DNA of 64,000 nucleotides from Candidatus Latescibacterota bacterium (GCA_965248355.1 OZ252098.1:2176001-2240000); one strand, 5' to 3'; counted from the first letter of the stretch, positions 41,146 to 51,920 are shown. Numbers and translations: made by a program. Notes: generated by a model from the sequence alone, not told the origin.

Positions 41146-43538
41146 GATCTCCTCGGTGTCCCTGTCTGTCTCAGTCTTGCTCCAAAGGCCCCCCGCAGAC
41201 GTTCGAGGGCGCCTTCCACAGCCTTGTCTGCATCGCCGTCTTCGAGCGTCCGTTCCGCCGATCGCAGCCGCAGTGAGAAGGCCAGGCTGCGCTTGCCGGT
41301 CTCGACCTGATCGCCCTGGTAGACGTCGAACAGGTCGACGCGTTCCACCAGATCGGGGGCCGCCGCCCGGATCTCCGCCGCCACCCGGGCGGCGGGAACG
41401 CCCTCGTCGAGGACCACCGCCAGGTCCCGTTCGACAGGGGGGAACTTGGGTAGCGAGCGAAAGACGGATGGCCGCCGGGCCCAGGCTTCGAACAGCGCCG
41501 AGAGCTCAAGTTCAAAGATATAGGTGCCCCGGGTCAGATCAAAGCGGTCGGCGAGGGCCGGATCGGCCTGACCCAGCGCTCCCAGAACCCGGTCCCCCTG
41601 ACGGATCTCGGCTCCTTGCCCGGCCCCCCAGGGGAAACGCTCCGCGGGCTCGAACCCGATCCCGTCGAGCCCCTCCACGAGGCTCTCCACGACCCCCTTG
41701 AGGTCGAGCACGTCCACCTCGCGCTGGTCGGCGCGCCAGGTGGAGGCCCCCGTCCGCCCGGCGAGCAGGCCGCCGGCCCTCAGGGCCTCGCGGTGGCCGC
41801 CGGCGGCGGCGACGAAGACCCGCCCGACCTCGAAGAGCGCGACGCCGGGAGCCCGCTGGTGGAAGTTCCTCCTGGCCACGTCCAGCAGCCCCGGGATCAG
41901 GCTCGTGCGCAGGCTGGACATACCCCTGGCGGGCGGGTTGGCGAGACGGCAGGCGACCGGACCGCTCAGCTCGGCCCAGTCGTCGGCGACGATGCTGGAG
42001 GTGACGGCCTCGTCCAGTCCCGCCGCGGTGAGCAACCGGCGCAGGCGCCGCTGGTCCTCGTAGGCCCCGCCTGCCGGCCCGGGGGCCGGGCCTCGCAGCT
42101 CCTGCCGGGCCGGGATCTCCTCGTACCCGTACACCCGGCCCACCTCCTCGACCAGGTCGATCTCGCGCTCCAGGTCGGGCCGGAAGGAGGGGGCCTCGAC
42201 CTCCAGAACCCCTCTCCCCTCGCTCACCGAGCAGCCCAGGCTTTCGAGGATCCGGCGGCAGCGGGCAGGTCCGATATCGACGGCCAGCAGGGCCGCCGCC
42301 CGGGGCGGCCGCATCCGGATGCGGCGCCGCCGAAGGGCGGCGGGCATCACGTCGAGGCAACCGGGCGCGGCCCTCGCGCCTGCCACCTCCGCCATCAGGG
42401 CCGCGGCGCGGGCGCTGGCCACCTCGGGAAGGTCCCAGTCGACGCCGCGCTCGAAGCGATACGATGCCTCGGTCCTCAGGCCGAGATGCGACGACAGGGC
42501 GCGCACCCGGCGAGGGTCGAAGCAGGCGGCTTCGAGCAACACGTCCGTCGTCGCTTCCGAGACCTCCGACTCGGCGCCCCCCATCAGTCCGGCCAGGGCC
42601 ACGGGACGGCTGGCGTCGGCGATCACGAGGGCCTCGTGATCGAGCTCGTGATCGGTGCCGTCCAACGTCCGCAAGCGCTCCCCGGGGCGCGCCCGGCGGA
42701 CGACGATGCGGCCCTCCCGCAGCCGGCCCAGGTCGAAGGCGTGCAGGGGCTGGCCGAACTCGAGCATCACGAAGTTGGTCACGTCGACGATGTTGTTCAC
42801 CGGGCGCTGGCCGACGGCCCGAAGCCGGTCCTGCAGCCACCGGGGCGAAGGCCCGACGGCCACGTGGCGCAGAACCCGCGCCACGTAACGGGAACAACCC
42901 CCGGGGTCGTCGATCTCGACCCGGGTCGCCAGGGCCGCCGGCTCGCCGGTCTCGCTCAGCTCCGGAACGGGCAGGCGAAGCCGGGCCCCCGTCAGGGCGG
43001 CGACCTCCCGGGCGATGCCCGCGACGCTCAGGCAGTCGGGCCGGTTGGGCGTGACTTCGAAGTCCAGAACGATGTCGTCCAGCCCCGCCGCCTCCGCCAG
43101 CGGCGAGCCCACGCGGCAGTCCTCCGGCAACACCAGGATGCCTTGGTCGTCGTCCCCGAGGCCGAGTTCGGCCTCCGAGCAGATCATGCCCTCGGAGACG
43201 ACGCCGCGCAGCTCGACCCGGCCGATCCGGGTGCCATCGGGCAGGGCGCTGCCGGGCAGGACCACGGGGACCTTCTGGCCGGCGGCGACGTTGGGGGCGC
43301 CGCAGACGATCCGAGCCGCTTCCGATCCGCCCACGTCCACCCGGCAGACGGAGAGTCGCTCGGCGTTCGGGTGGGGCCTGCGCTCCAGAACGCGGCCGAC
43401 GACGAGGCCCGACAGGCGCCCACCGAGGTCTTCGACGCTCTCCGCCTCGAGGCCGGCCATGGTCAGGAGGTGCACCAGCTCGTCCGGCGTCGAGTCGATG
43501 TCCACGTAGTCGCGCAGCCAGTTCAGCGTGACCTTCAT
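41142..43538 (-). CDS. pheT: Phenylalanine-tRNA ligase beta subunit
   Basis: [35 protein letters not shown] and FDVYQG. Confidence 0.97.
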   Translation of the reverse strand: MKVTLNWLRDYVDIDSTPDELVHLLTMAGLEAESVEDLGGRLSGLVVGRVLERRPHPNAERLSVCRVDVGGSEAARIVCGAPNVAAGQKVPVVLPGSALPDGTRIGRVELRGVVSEGMICSEAELGLGDDDQGILVLPEDCRVGSPLAEAAGLDDIVLDFEVTPNRPDCLSVAGIAREVAALTGARLRLPVPELSETGEPAALATRVEIDDPGGCSRYVARVLRHVAVGPSPRWLQDRLRAVGQRPVNNIVDVTNFVMLEFGQPLHAFDLGRLREGRIVVRRARPGERLRTLDGTDHELDHEALVIADASRPVALAGLMGGAESEVSEATTDVLLEAACFDPRRVRALSSHLGLRTEASYRFERGVDWDLPEVASARAAALMAEVAGARAAPGCLDVMPAALRRRRIRMRPPRAAALLAVDIGPARCRRILESLGCSVSEGRGVLEVEAPSFRPDLEREIDLVEEVGRVYGYEEIPARQELRGPAPGPAGGAYEDQRRLRRLLTAAGLDEAVTSSIVADDWAELSGPVACRLANPPARGMSSLRTSLIPGLLDVARRNFHQRAPGVALFEVGRVFVAAAGGHREALRAGGLLAGRTGASTWRADQREVDVLDLKGVVESLVEGLDGIGFEPAERFPWGAGQGAEIRQGDRVLGALGQADPALADRFDLTRGTYIFELELSALFEAWARRPSVFRSLPKFPPVERDLAVVLDEGVPAARVAAEIRAAAPDLVERVDLFDVYQGDQVETGKRSLAFSLRLRSAERTLEDGDADKAVEGALERLRGAFGARLRQTGTPRRS

Positions 43539-43551
43539 CCCCTCCCCCCTC

Positions 43552-44586
43552 TCAGCCGGCCCCGAACTGGCCCGTGAACCTCAGGTCACTCTCGAGGAAG
43601 AGCCGGATGTCGTCGATGCCGTGGCGGATCATGGCCACGCGCTCTATCCCGAAGCCGAAGGCGAAGCCCGTGTATTTCTCCGCGTCGTAGCCGACGGCGG
43701 CGAACACCTCCGGGTCCACCATGCCGGCGCCCCCGATCTCGATCCAGCCCGTGCCTTTGCAGATGCGGCAGCGGCCCCGGTCCGCGGACTTCCGCCGGCT
43801 GCAGAGGGAACAGGAGAAGTCGTACTCGACGCTGGGTTCGGTGAAGGGAAAGAAGTGGGGGCGGAAGCGGATCCTGGTGTCCCCGCCGAGGACGCGCCGG
43901 CCGAGGGCGGTCAGGGTACCCTTGAGCTCGGCCATGGAGACCCCGAGGTCGACGTACAGCCCTTCGATCTGGTGGAAGACCATGTGATGGGTCGCATCGA
44001 CGTTTTCGTTGCGGTAGCAACGGCCAACCGACAGCACCCGGACCGGAGGGGGTTGGCGCTCCATCACCCGGATCTGCACCGTCGAGGTGTGGGTGCGCAG
44101 GAGCCTTCCGTCGGTGAGGTAGAAGGTGTCCTGCTCGTCGCGGGCGGGGTGGTCGGCAGGGGTGTTGAGGGCGTCGAAGTTGTGACGCTCGTCCTCGACC
44201 TCGGGGCCGTCGGCGACGCCGAAGCCCATCTGCCGCAGGGCGTCCACGAGCTCGTCGGCCGTGGCCGACAAGGGGTGGGAATGGCCGCGCCGCTGTGGCC
44301 GGCCGGGCAGGGTGAGATCGATGGCCGCCGCCGTTTCCGCCGCCGCCTCCAGGGCCTGCTGGCGCTCGTCGAGAGCGGCGGCGATCTGCTTCTGCGCCTG
44401 CCCTGCGGCGCGGCCCACCGCGGGGCGAAGGTCACCGGGGAGCTCGCCGATCCCGCCCAGGATCCGGCGCAGGCGGCTCCGGCGCCCGGTGAACCGCACC
44501 TTCGCCTCGTCGAGGGCCTTCAGGTCCGCCGCCGCGCCGATGGCCTCAAGGGCCTGCCGTCGGATCTCCTCGATCTCACTCACCAT
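43552..44586 (-). CDS. pheS: Phenylalanine-tRNA ligase alpha subunit
   Basis: [29 protein letters not shown] and [10 protein letters not shown]. Confidence 0.97.
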   Translation of the reverse strand: MVSEIEEIRRQALEAIGAAADLKALDEAKVRFTGRRSRLRRILGGIGELPGDLRPAVGRAAGQAQKQIAAALDERQQALEAAAETAAAIDLTLPGRPQRRGHSHPLSATADELVDALRQMGFGVADGPEVEDERHNFDALNTPADHPARDEQDTFYLTDGRLLRTHTSTVQIRVMERQPPPVRVLSVGRCYRNENVDATHHMVFHQIEGLYVDLGVSMAELKGTLTALGRRVLGGDTRIRFRPHFFPFTEPSVEYDFSCSLCSRRKSADRGRCRICKGTGWIEIGGAGMVDPEVFAAVGYDAEKYTGFAFGFGIERVAMIRHGIDDIRLFLESDLRFTGQFGAG

Positions 44587-44727
44587 GGTCTGGTTCCCCC
44601 ACCGTTTTGGGCGCCGACCGGGGCGACAGCGGCGCGGCCACGGTCCGAGCCGGTCTACGTGCTGGCGGGAGTGGGGGAGTCGGGACCGGCGGGGCCCCGA
44701 AGGCCCCGCCCCGGCTGGCGCCGGTCT

Positions 44728-45081
44728 CTACAGATGGGCCTTCGCCTGATCGACGATGGCCGAAAAAGCCTCTGGATCGCGGACGGCGATGTCGGCCAGC
44801 ACCTTGCGATTGACCTTCACCTCCGCGCGGCCGAGTCCGTTGATCAGCCGGCTGTACGACAGCCCGTGGAGCCGGGCGGCGGCGTTGATTCGGGCGATCC
44901 ACAGGCGGCGGAAGTCGCGCTTGCGGGTGCGGCGGTCACGGTAGGCGTAGGCCTGGGCGCGATCGACCGCTTCGCGGGCGGTTCGGAAAAGGCGGCTGCG
45001 CCCGCCGAAGTACCCCCGCGCCTGCTTGAGGACCTTCTTGTGGCGTCGACGGGAGGCGACGCGGTTGCGCGCACGGGGCAT
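44728..45081 (-). CDS. rplT: 50S ribosomal protein L20
   Basis: MPRARN...YAYRDRR...[12 protein letters not shown]. Confidence 0.97.
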   Translation of the reverse strand: MPRARNRVASRRRHKKVLKQARGYFGGRSRLFRTAREAVDRAQAYAYRDRRTRKRDFRRLWIARINAAARLHGLSYSRLINGLGRAEVKVNRKVLADIAVRDPEAFSAIVDQAKAHL

Positions 45082-45093
45082 GGGACAAGCCTC

Positions 45094-45288
45094 CTACTTC
45101 AAACCCAGGGATCGCCGCACGTTGTCGAGATTGGCCGGCGACACGCTCTGGTTCTGCCGCAGAGCGCGCTTGCGCTTTGAGGAGCGCTTGCCCAGGAAGT
45201 GGTCGCCGAAGGCCTTGCGGCGCTTGAGGCCGTTCCCGCGCTTCTTGATGCGTTTCGCCGTGGACTTGTGGGTCTTGATCTTGGGCAT
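45094..45288 (-). CDS. rpmI: 50S ribosomal protein L35
   Basis: MPKIKTHKSTAKR...H...KRKRALR. Confidence 0.95.
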   Translation of the reverse strand: MPKIKTHKSTAKRIKKRGNGLKRRKAFGDHFLGKRSSKRKRALRQNQSVSPANLDNVRRSLGLK

Positions 45289-45328
45289 GGCGGACGTGGG
45301 CCTGGAGTGGTTTTGGGGTAACCCACGA

Positions 45329-45357
45329 AGGATAGGGCAAGGCCCCGCCTCTGTCAA
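45329..45357 (-). promoter_or_regulatory. Sigma70 promoter of rpmI-rplT
   Basis: Minus strand TTGACA-17 bp-TATCCT. Confidence 0.75.
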
Positions 45358-45490
45358 TGGATCCGGGTCCCGCGGGAAGCCGGGCTCTACCGGGCAAATA
45401 CTTGAGCGGCAAGATCTTGCGCGATCGTCCGCCAGGTCCGGGCGGGGCGAGGTGTGAGCGAGGGCTGCGGGCCCCGCGAGCCGGGACCGG

Positions 45491-45745
45491 TCAGGAGCCC
45501 CGGCCCTGCAGCAGCTCCCGAACCACCGGGCGCAGGAACACGTCGTCCAGGGGCAGCCGCGCCAGGGCGCGGGCCATCAGGTCGACCCGTTCGGGAACCG
45601 TGAGCTCCCGGTCGAGCAGAATGCAGATCCGTCCGCGGAGTCGGAACAGTCCGCCACGGCTGCCATCCAGGTCCTCGCGGCGGATCTCCACCGAGAGCTG
45701 GGAGGCCACCGCCTCCAACTCCTGCAGCAGGTGGGCGTCGTCCAT
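45491..45745 (-). CDS. Small hypothetical protein (84 aa), ImmA/IrrE N-terminal-like without HExxH
   Basis: LQELEAVASQLSVEIRREDL..GGLFRLRG...ILLDRELT..ERV...ARAL...FLRP..RELL. Confidence 0.65.
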   Translation of the reverse strand: MDDAHLLQELEAVASQLSVEIRREDLDGSRGGLFRLRGRICILLDRELTVPERVDLMARALARLPLDDVFLRPVVRELLQGRGS

Positions 45746-45909
45746 CCCGGCCGACGGCCCCCGGCCCCGCTCCCCCTCCGTCTCCGGGGCCTGAGGCGGG
45801 CCACGGCGCTCTTGAGAGGACGAGACCCTTCCAGGTTGGTGAGGATGCATCATATTGATAATATACGGCCCATACACCGCCTGAATACCCGCCTGCCGAT
45901 CGAGGGACC

Positions 45910-46764
45910 GTGATGGGAGACAGCCTTCCACCGACCCGGGAGAGTCGAGATCCCGGAGTCGACCCGTGGCTCCTCGTCACCAATGACGACGGCGTCGACT
46001 CCCCGGCGCTGGGGCCCCTGTTGACCTCCCTCGAATCGCTGGCTCCGGTGCGCGCTGTGGTGCCGGACCGGGAGTACAGCTGGTCGTCCAAGACCCTGAC
46101 CCGGTTCGGCCGCCTCACGCTCCGCAGGCGGAACGCCGGGGGTCGATCGCTGCACGCTCTCGACGGCTCCCCGGCGGACTGCGCCAATGTGGGGATCCAC
46201 AATCTGGAGTCGGAGCCGCCCCGGCTCGTGGTCTCCGGCATCAACATCGGGGCCAATGCCGGCCTCGCCTTTCTGCTCAGCTCGGGCACGATCGGCGCGG
46301 CCATCGAGAGCGCCCTGAGCGGTCTCCCGGCGGTCGCCTTCTCGCTGCAGCTTCGCCCGGAGGACTACGCCCGCTGGCGCCGGGACCGCCGCGACGCCCT
46401 GCCCCGCGGCGCCTGGGAGCAGGCCGCCGCCGTCGCCTGCGAGATCACTTCCGAGATCCTCGAAAGGGGTCTCCCCGACGGAGCGCGGCTGGTCTCCGTC
46501 AACCTGCCGCCCGGGGCGCATCCCGGTACCCGGCGGGTGCTGACCGGCGTCGCGCCGAGCGCCTACGGGCCGTTCTTCCGCGCCGAGGGCGACGGCCGCC
46601 TGAAGCACGTGTCTTCCGGCCTGCGGCGCACCCGGGAGACGGAGGACGGGGACCTGGACGCCCTGGAGCAGGGCTGGGTCTCGATCACCCCGCTGAGCCT
46701 GCGCTTCGACGTCCCTCTTTCCTCGAGGGACCGCGCCCGCTTCGAGCGGCCCTCGAGATGCTGA
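45910..46764 (+). CDS. surE: 5'/3'-nucleotidase SurE
   Basis: LVTNDDG, GSPADC, SGINIGAN, SGT and VSITPL. Confidence 0.9.
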   Translation: MMGDSLPPTRESRDPGVDPWLLVTNDDGVDSPALGPLLTSLESLAPVRAVVPDREYSWSSKTLTRFGRLTLRRRNAGGRSLHALDGSPADCANVGIHNLESEPPRLVVSGINIGANAGLAFLLSSGTIGAAIESALSGLPAVAFSLQLRPEDYARWRRDRRDALPRGAWEQAAAVACEITSEILERGLPDGARLVSVNLPPGAHPGTRRVLTGVAPSAYGPFFRAEGDGRLKHVSSGLRRTRETEDGDLDALEQGWVSITPLSLRFDVPLSSRDRARFERPSRC

Positions 46765-48104
46765 GCCGGGCCTGGATCCCCCTGGCCGCCATGGTGTCCT
46801 GCACGGCCGGAGCCGCGGCGGCGGCGCCATCGACCGGCGCGGACACCACCGACGCGCGGGCGGCTCGGATCGACTCCGCCCGCGCCCGCCGGCTGAACAG
46901 CCTGCTGAGCGGAGCGGCGGCCGTGGCCGATCCTCTGGCGGCCACGGAACAGACGGTGGACGCCGTGAGGTGGCTGGCCCGGCGGCGTCAGTTCGTGCTC
47001 GGAGACACGCCCTACGGATTCACCGGCCTGCCCATCCTCTACTACAGCCCGGGAACCGGGTGGAACTACGGCGGGCGCCTGCAGATCGCCGACTACGATC
47101 GGCGTCCGTACCGCTACAAGCTCAGCATCCACTGGGTCAAGTCCACCCAGGGCAAGCGCATCAGCTACCTGCGCTTCAAGGTGCCCCATATCGGGGGAAC
47201 GGGCTTCGGCGTCAGCCTGACGGCGAGCAACAAACGCGACATCCGGGCGCGTTACTACGGCCTGTCCAACGAGAGCGAGAACAACGAGAGTCTCACCGAT
47301 TCCGATCACGTCGACTTCGTCGACAAGGATTACTACCACTACGTGCTGGAGGAGCCCCGGCTGATCGTCAACCTCCTCCGCCACCTCTACGGTCCCGTGA
47401 CGGTGTCCCTCGGCCTCGGCCTCGAGCGGACGGACGTCGACGGCCGGGGGGAGCGCTCCTACTACCTCGAGGCCGGAACGCCCGACGGTGTCGTGGACGG
47501 CACCACGGGGTTCGTCGGCCTCAGTCTGCGCTGGGACACCAGGGACGACCCGTCGATCCCCCGCCGCGGGCTGTTCCAGGAGTGGAGCTACGAGAACTCC
47601 CGCAACTCCCTGCTGAGCCTGTTCTTCGAGCAGATCGACTTCCAGCGCTACACGTTCACGGACGCCCGCTACTTCCCCGTCTCCCCGCGCCTGAACATCG
47701 CCCACCGCACCATCGTCGAAGCGCTGAAGGGCACCGTGCCCCTGTACGCCTACGGCGAGATCGGCGGCAGCCGGAGGATCAAGGGCCTGGGGGGTTCGGA
47801 TACGTTGAGGGGGTTCGACCGGCAGCGGTTCACGGACAACGTGCGCGTCCTCACCAACACCGAGGCGCGCTATCACCTCGGGCACCAGACCGCCTTCAAG
47901 CAGCACCTGGAGCTCCTGGCGATCCTGTTCGCCGACAGCGGACAGGTGGCGCCCGGATTCTCGGACCTGCATCCCCTGGACACCCGCCTGACCGTCGGAT
48001 GGGGGCTGCGCACCTATTGGAACGAGGACTTCGTCGTGCGCGCCGACCTCGGAGTCTCGGGCGAACAGGTCTACACCGCGCTCAAGTACCGCAACCTCTT
48101 CTGA
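46758..48104 (+). CDS. Omp85/BamA-TamA family beta-barrel surface antigen without POTRA domains
   Basis: Signal peptide, WDTRD, LGG..TLRGF...RF, GWGLR and C-terminal Phe. Confidence 0.8.
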   Translation: MLSRAWIPLAAMVSCTAGAAAAAPSTGADTTDARAARIDSARARRLNSLLSGAAAVADPLAATEQTVDAVRWLARRRQFVLGDTPYGFTGLPILYYSPGTGWNYGGRLQIADYDRRPYRYKLSIHWVKSTQGKRISYLRFKVPHIGGTGFGVSLTASNKRDIRARYYGLSNESENNESLTDSDHVDFVDKDYYHYVLEEPRLIVNLLRHLYGPVTVSLGLGLERTDVDGRGERSYYLEAGTPDGVVDGTTGFVGLSLRWDTRDDPSIPRRGLFQEWSYENSRNSLLSLFFEQIDFQRYTFTDARYFPVSPRLNIAHRTIVEALKGTVPLYAYGEIGGSRRIKGLGGSDTLRGFDRQRFTDNVRVLTNTEARYHLGHQTAFKQHLELLAILFADSGQVAPGFSDLHPLDTRLTVGWGLRTYWNEDFVVRADLGVSGEQVYTALKYRNLF

Positions 48105-48105
48105 C

Positions 48106-48648
48106 TCAGCCCCCGGGGGACCCGAGGACCGGCCTCAGCCGGACCGCCACCCAGGCGACCAGGAGCCCCACCAGCAGGTCCTTCGGCAAGGGCGCCAGGC
48201 CGAGCTCGAGGGCGTGGGCCGCCCCGTCCGGGCTGGCCGCGACGTAGCGCAGGTTGAGATAGAGGCCCAGCACCCCGGCGGCATAGATCGCCGCCATCCC
48301 GGCGTAGGTGGCCGTCAGGGCGCGCCGGAAGGTGAGCCCCCGGCCGGCCCCTGCCAGCCGGCCCGCCAGCCACGCCCCGGCGACGAACCCCAGCAGGTAG
48401 CCGAAGGAGGGCTTGAGCAGGGAGTGCGGCCCTCCCCCGCCTGCGAAGACGGGCAGCCCCACCAGCCCGGCTGTGAGATAGACCGCCTGGCTGGCCGCGC
48501 CTCGCCACGGCCCCAGCAACAGTCCCGACAGGCAGACGAAGGCGGCCTGCAGCGTGATGGGGACATGAGGCAGGGGGATGCGCAACTGCGCGCCCACGGC
48601 GGTGAGGGCGGCCATGAGGGCCACCGGCACGAGCAGGCGGGCTTGCAA
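48106..48648 (-). CDS. bioY: Biotin transporter BioY
   Basis: VPITLQ, YL..GLVGLPVFAGG and PSFGYLLGF. TTG start. Confidence 0.9.
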   Translation of the reverse strand: MQARLLVPVALMAALTAVGAQLRIPLPHVPITLQAAFVCLSGLLLGPWRGAASQAVYLTAGLVGLPVFAGGGGPHSLLKPSFGYLLGFVAGAWLAGRLAGAGRGLTFRRALTATYAGMAAIYAAGVLGLYLNLRYVAASPDGAAHALELGLAPLPKDLLVGLLVAWVAVRLRPVLGSPGG

Positions 48649-48694
48649 GGGTTCGGGGCGGGGAGTCCGAGGTTCGCGCGGGGAGGCCGGCGGA

Positions 48695-49573
48695 TCAGGT
48701 GGCGGCCGGGGTGGGGGAACCCTCCGGCTCGCCGGGGGCCAGCATGGCGATGAGGCTGCCGAGGGTGGCGGCGAGCTCCTGCCGGGGGACGACGCGGTCG
48801 ACGAAGCCGTGCTCGAGGACGGTCTCGGCGATCTGGAACCCGGCGGGAAGCTCCTCGATGCCCATGAACTGCCGGATCACGGCCTGACCGGCGAACCCGA
48901 TACGGGCCCCCGGCTCGGCGAGGGTGAGATCCCCGAGCATGGCAAAGCTGGCCGTGACGCCGCCGTAGGTCGGATCGGTCAGGACGGCGACGTAGAGCCC
49001 GCCGGCGTTGGAGAACCGGCGCAGCCGGGCGCTGATCTTGGCCATCTGCATCAGCGAGAACGTGCTCTCCTGCATGCGGGCTCCCCCCGACTGGCAGACC
49101 AGGACCAGGGCCCTGCCGTCGGCCAGGGCCCGGTCGATGAGCCGGCTGATCTTCTCGCCCGTGGCGCCGCCCAGACTGCCCATGATATAGCGCGTGTCCA
49201 TGATGCCGAGGGCCACGGGGCTGCCGCCGATGGTGCACAGGCCCGTGTGAACGGCCTCGTTGATGCCGCTGGACCGGCGGGCCTCGCGGATCCGGTCGGA
49301 GTAGCGGCGGTGGTCGCGGAACTTGAGTGGATCGGCGGTGGACAGGCCGGCGTCGATCTCGGTGAAGGAGCCCCGGTCGCTCAGTAGGCGGATGTACTTC
49401 TCGTGGCCGATGGGGAAGTGGCTGCCGCAGTTGGGGCAGACCCAGCTGTTGCGCTCGAGGACGTGCTGGTAGGCCGTCTCGCCGCAGTCCTTGCACTTGC
49501 TCCAGATGGCCTCGGGGATCTCGCGCTTGATGCGCGTCAGGATCCCCGACTTCATCCTCTCGAACCAGTTCAT
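48695..49573 (-). CDS. accD: Acetyl-CoA carboxylase carboxyltransferase beta subunit
   Basis: WSKC..C...C..C zinc finger, MGSLG, SGGARMQE, PTYGGVTASFA and IGFAG. Confidence 0.95.
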   Translation of the reverse strand: MNWFERMKSGILTRIKREIPEAIWSKCKDCGETAYQHVLERNSWVCPNCGSHFPIGHEKYIRLLSDRGSFTEIDAGLSTADPLKFRDHRRYSDRIREARRSSGINEAVHTGLCTIGGSPVALGIMDTRYIMGSLGGATGEKISRLIDRALADGRALVLVCQSGGARMQESTFSLMQMAKISARLRRFSNAGGLYVAVLTDPTYGGVTASFAMLGDLTLAEPGARIGFAGQAVIRQFMGIEELPAGFQIAETVLEHGFVDRVVPRQELAATLGSLIAMLAPGEPEGSPTPAAT

Positions 49574-49577
49574 GACC

Positions 49578-49928
49578 TCAGACGATCCCGCGACGCCTGA
49601 GTCCGGCGAAGGCCACCCCGGCCGTCACCAGGATCCCCGCCGAGGCGAGGAGCGCCGTCTTCCATGGGAAGGACCCGCCGGCCTGGTGGCGGCGGTCCCT
49701 CAACTGGCGGAGCCGGGCAAGGACCCGGTCAGCCGCGGCCTGTGCGTCGGGGAGTGGCGGGGGCGGTTCGAGCACCCGGTCGACGAGGTCGTCGACGGTG
49801 TGCATCCTGGCCGCCTCCCGGCGCGCCCGGAAGCCGGACACGAGCCGACCGGCGACCCCGGGTTCGAACCCACCGCCGGCTTGCGCGGTCTCACGGCGCC
49901 GCCAGCGGCGCCACCATCCGGTCCCCAT
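49578..49928 (-). CDS. Hypothetical tail-anchored membrane protein (possible anti-sigma factor)
   Basis: GGAGGAGAGG RBS, directly after the ECF sigma gene, single C-terminal hydrophobic helix. Confidence 0.6.
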   Translation of the reverse strand: MGTGWWRRWRRRETAQAGGGFEPGVAGRLVSGFRARREAARMHTVDDLVDRVLEPPPPLPDAQAAADRVLARLRQLRDRRHQAGGSFPWKTALLASAGILVTAGVAFAGLRRRGIV

Positions 49929-49947
49929 CGACCTCTCCTCCGCCGTT

Positions 49948-50547
49948 TCAGACCAGGCGGCGGCTCTGCAGGGCCGCCCCCAGGCGCCGGCGGGCGCTGT
50001 GAATCCGCGAGCTGACCGTGCCCACCGGGATCTCCAGCACGCGGGCGATCTCCTCGTACCCGAGCTGCTCGAAGCTGTGGAGGATGAGGACCTCCCTCAG
50101 GGTGGCCGGCAGCTCGTCGATCTGCTCGCGTACGAGGCGCTGGGTCTCCCTCGTCAGCAGCCGGGCCTCCGGCCCCTCGCCGGCGGAGACGGACAGGCTC
50201 CCACCGGCCTCCTCGTACGTCCGGTGCAGGCCGAGGCGCCGCCAGGGGCTGCGAGCGCGGTCTCGCCGTCGGTTGAGGCTCAGGCGCCAGACGATGCGCA
50301 GGATCCAGGTCTTCAGCGAGGACTCGCCGCGGAACCCGTCGAGGGCCCCGTGGATCTTGACGAAGGCATCCTGGACGACCTCCTCCGCGTCCTCGCGGTC
50401 ACCGAGGGTCCCATAGGCCAGACCGTAGGCCAGGGGATGATACTCCGCGATCAACTGGCGGAACGCCTCGTCACTGCCCGCGAGGATGCGCTGCACGCGC
50501 TCCTCGTCCCGAGGGTAGATCCCGATTCTGGCGATCGTGGTCATCAT
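49948..50547 (-). CDS. ECF RNA polymerase sigma factor
   Basis: DAEEVVQDAF, FRGESSLKTWILRI and YEEIARVLEIPVGTVSSRIHSAR. Confidence 0.92.
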   Translation of the reverse strand: MMTTIARIGIYPRDEERVQRILAGSDEAFRQLIAEYHPLAYGLAYGTLGDREDAEEVVQDAFVKIHGALDGFRGESSLKTWILRIVWRLSLNRRRDRARSPWRRLGLHRTYEEAGGSLSVSAGEGPEARLLTRETQRLVREQIDELPATLREVLILHSFEQLGYEEIARVLEIPVGTVSSRIHSARRRLGAALQSRRLV

Positions 50548-50718
50548 GCTCCATGGAGACACCGGAAACCGGCCGCCTCTTCGCGGAAGATGCGCCGCCG
50601 CCCGCGGGATTGTCAAACGTTCTGGTGGCCGGTCCGCGGCTGGTGAGGGTGGTGGAATTCAACGCGACCCTGACTTTCAGGTTGATGGCCCCTTGCGGGA
50701 AACTATATTGGAGCGCCG

Positions 50719-50734
50719 TGGCACGGTGCTTGCA
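50719..50734 (+). promoter_or_regulatory. Sigma54 (-24/-12) promoter
   Basis: Full consensus TGGCAC-GGTGC-TTGCA, 28 bp upstream of the TTG start at 50763. Confidence 0.75.
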
Positions 50735-50762
50735 TCCCTCCAGCGCCCGATTGGGGAGGATC

Positions 50763-51920
50763 TTGAAAAAGCCCCTTGAGATCTGCCTGCTGCTCGGCCT
50801 GATGACAGCGCCGGATCCCGCGGCCCCCGCGGAGGAGAGCGTGCCCGATTCGGTGACCAAGTACCGGTTTCTCGGCAAGAACGCCCGGGTCAAGAAACAG
50901 CACGACGACGTCGTGAAGTACTACACCGAGTTGATCAAGTACGACCCCGGCTACCACTGGGCCCACTACTCCATGGGCCGGGCCTTCCTGGAGCTGGGTC
51001 GGGAGGCCGACGCCCAACAGGCCCTGCTGGCCGCCGCCGCTCTCGATTCCACCCACCTCAACACCAACCTCTCCTTGTACACCATCTATCTGAACTCGGC
51101 CGCGCCGGACTCGGCCTGGCGGTTCCTCGCCCCCGTCATCCGCGCCAAGCCCGGGGAGGTCACGTATCTCGAGTACCGGCAAGACATCGCCGACCTGTAT
51201 CGGCGCAAGGGCCTGCCGCAAGAGGCCATCGAGCACTACACCGCCCTCTCCGAGTCCCCGGCTCTTCCCGAGGACACGCGCAACGAGTTGTACGAGTTGC
51301 TCGCCGTCATGAACGAGGACCAGGGAGACGCCGCCGCCGCCCTGGCCTGGCGCCAGCGGCTGGCCCCGGTCAGCGGCGCGGGACAGATCGAATCCCTGAC
51401 GCGGATAGTGGATCTGCAGATCCAGACCGAGGACTACAAGGGCGCCCACGCAACCCTCAAGGAGCTGGCGAGCATCGACTCCGCCGGCCGCTACGCCCAC
51501 TACGCCCGCATGTCCGAGCTGGGCGACACGGCGGGCGACCCCGCGGTCCGGCTCGAGGGCCTGGAGGGCATGGCGCGGGAGCAGCCCAAGGACCTGGTGA
51601 CCGTCGCCACGATCGCCGAGATCCATCTGAACGCGGACGATCTGGAGGCGGCGGCGGGTTGGATCGTGCGCGGCCTGGGGCGGGTGCCCGGCAATGCCCA
51701 CCTGCGCCTGCTGCGCGGCGACCTGCTGCTGCGCCAGGGCGCCGAGGAGGAGGCCATCGCCGAGTACGAACGCGCCCGGAAGGATCCGAACTGGGCGGCC
51801 GTTGCCCAGCAACGGATCTGGCAGCTTCGTCCGCCGGAGACGGAGGAGGAGAAGCTCCGCCGGGAGTTCTTCGGCGGCGGCGACGCCGACGAAGAGGGCT
51901 CGACCGACAACGACAGCTGA
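50763..51920 (+). CDS. Exported tetratricopeptide repeat protein
   Basis: GGAGG plus TTG start, signal peptide, TPR-like helical repeats (AHYSMGRAF, AIEHY, GDLLLRQG..EEAIAEY). Confidence 0.8.
   Translation: MKKPLEICLLLGLMTAPDPAAPAEESVPDSVTKYRFLGKNARVKKQHDDVVKYYTELIKYDPGYHWAHYSMGRAFLELGREADAQQALLAAAALDSTHLNTNLSLYTIYLNSAAPDSAWRFLAPVIRAKPGEVTYLEYRQDIADLYRRKGLPQEAIEHYTALSESPALPEDTRNELYELLAVMNEDQGDAAAALAWRQRLAPVSGAGQIESLTRIVDLQIQTEDYKGAHATLKELASIDSAGRYAHYARMSELGDTAGDPAVRLEGLEGMAREQPKDLVTVATIAEIHLNADDLEAAAGWIVRGLGRVPGNAHLRLLRGDLLLRQGAEEEAIAEYERARKDPNWAAVAQQRIWQLRPPETEEEKLRREFFGGGDADEEGSTDNDS

Noticed and set aside
43755..43815. CxxC...CxxC insert in PheS
   Set aside because: Common feature of many bacterial PheS proteins.
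44688..44710. GC hairpin after rplT as a terminator or pheS attenuator
   Set aside because: No U-tract, Phe-rich leader peptide or T-box features were visible.
49855..49885. GGTTCGAACCC resembling a tRNA T-loop
   Set aside because: T-stem does not pair on either strand, no cloverleaf is possible, and it lies inside a CDS.
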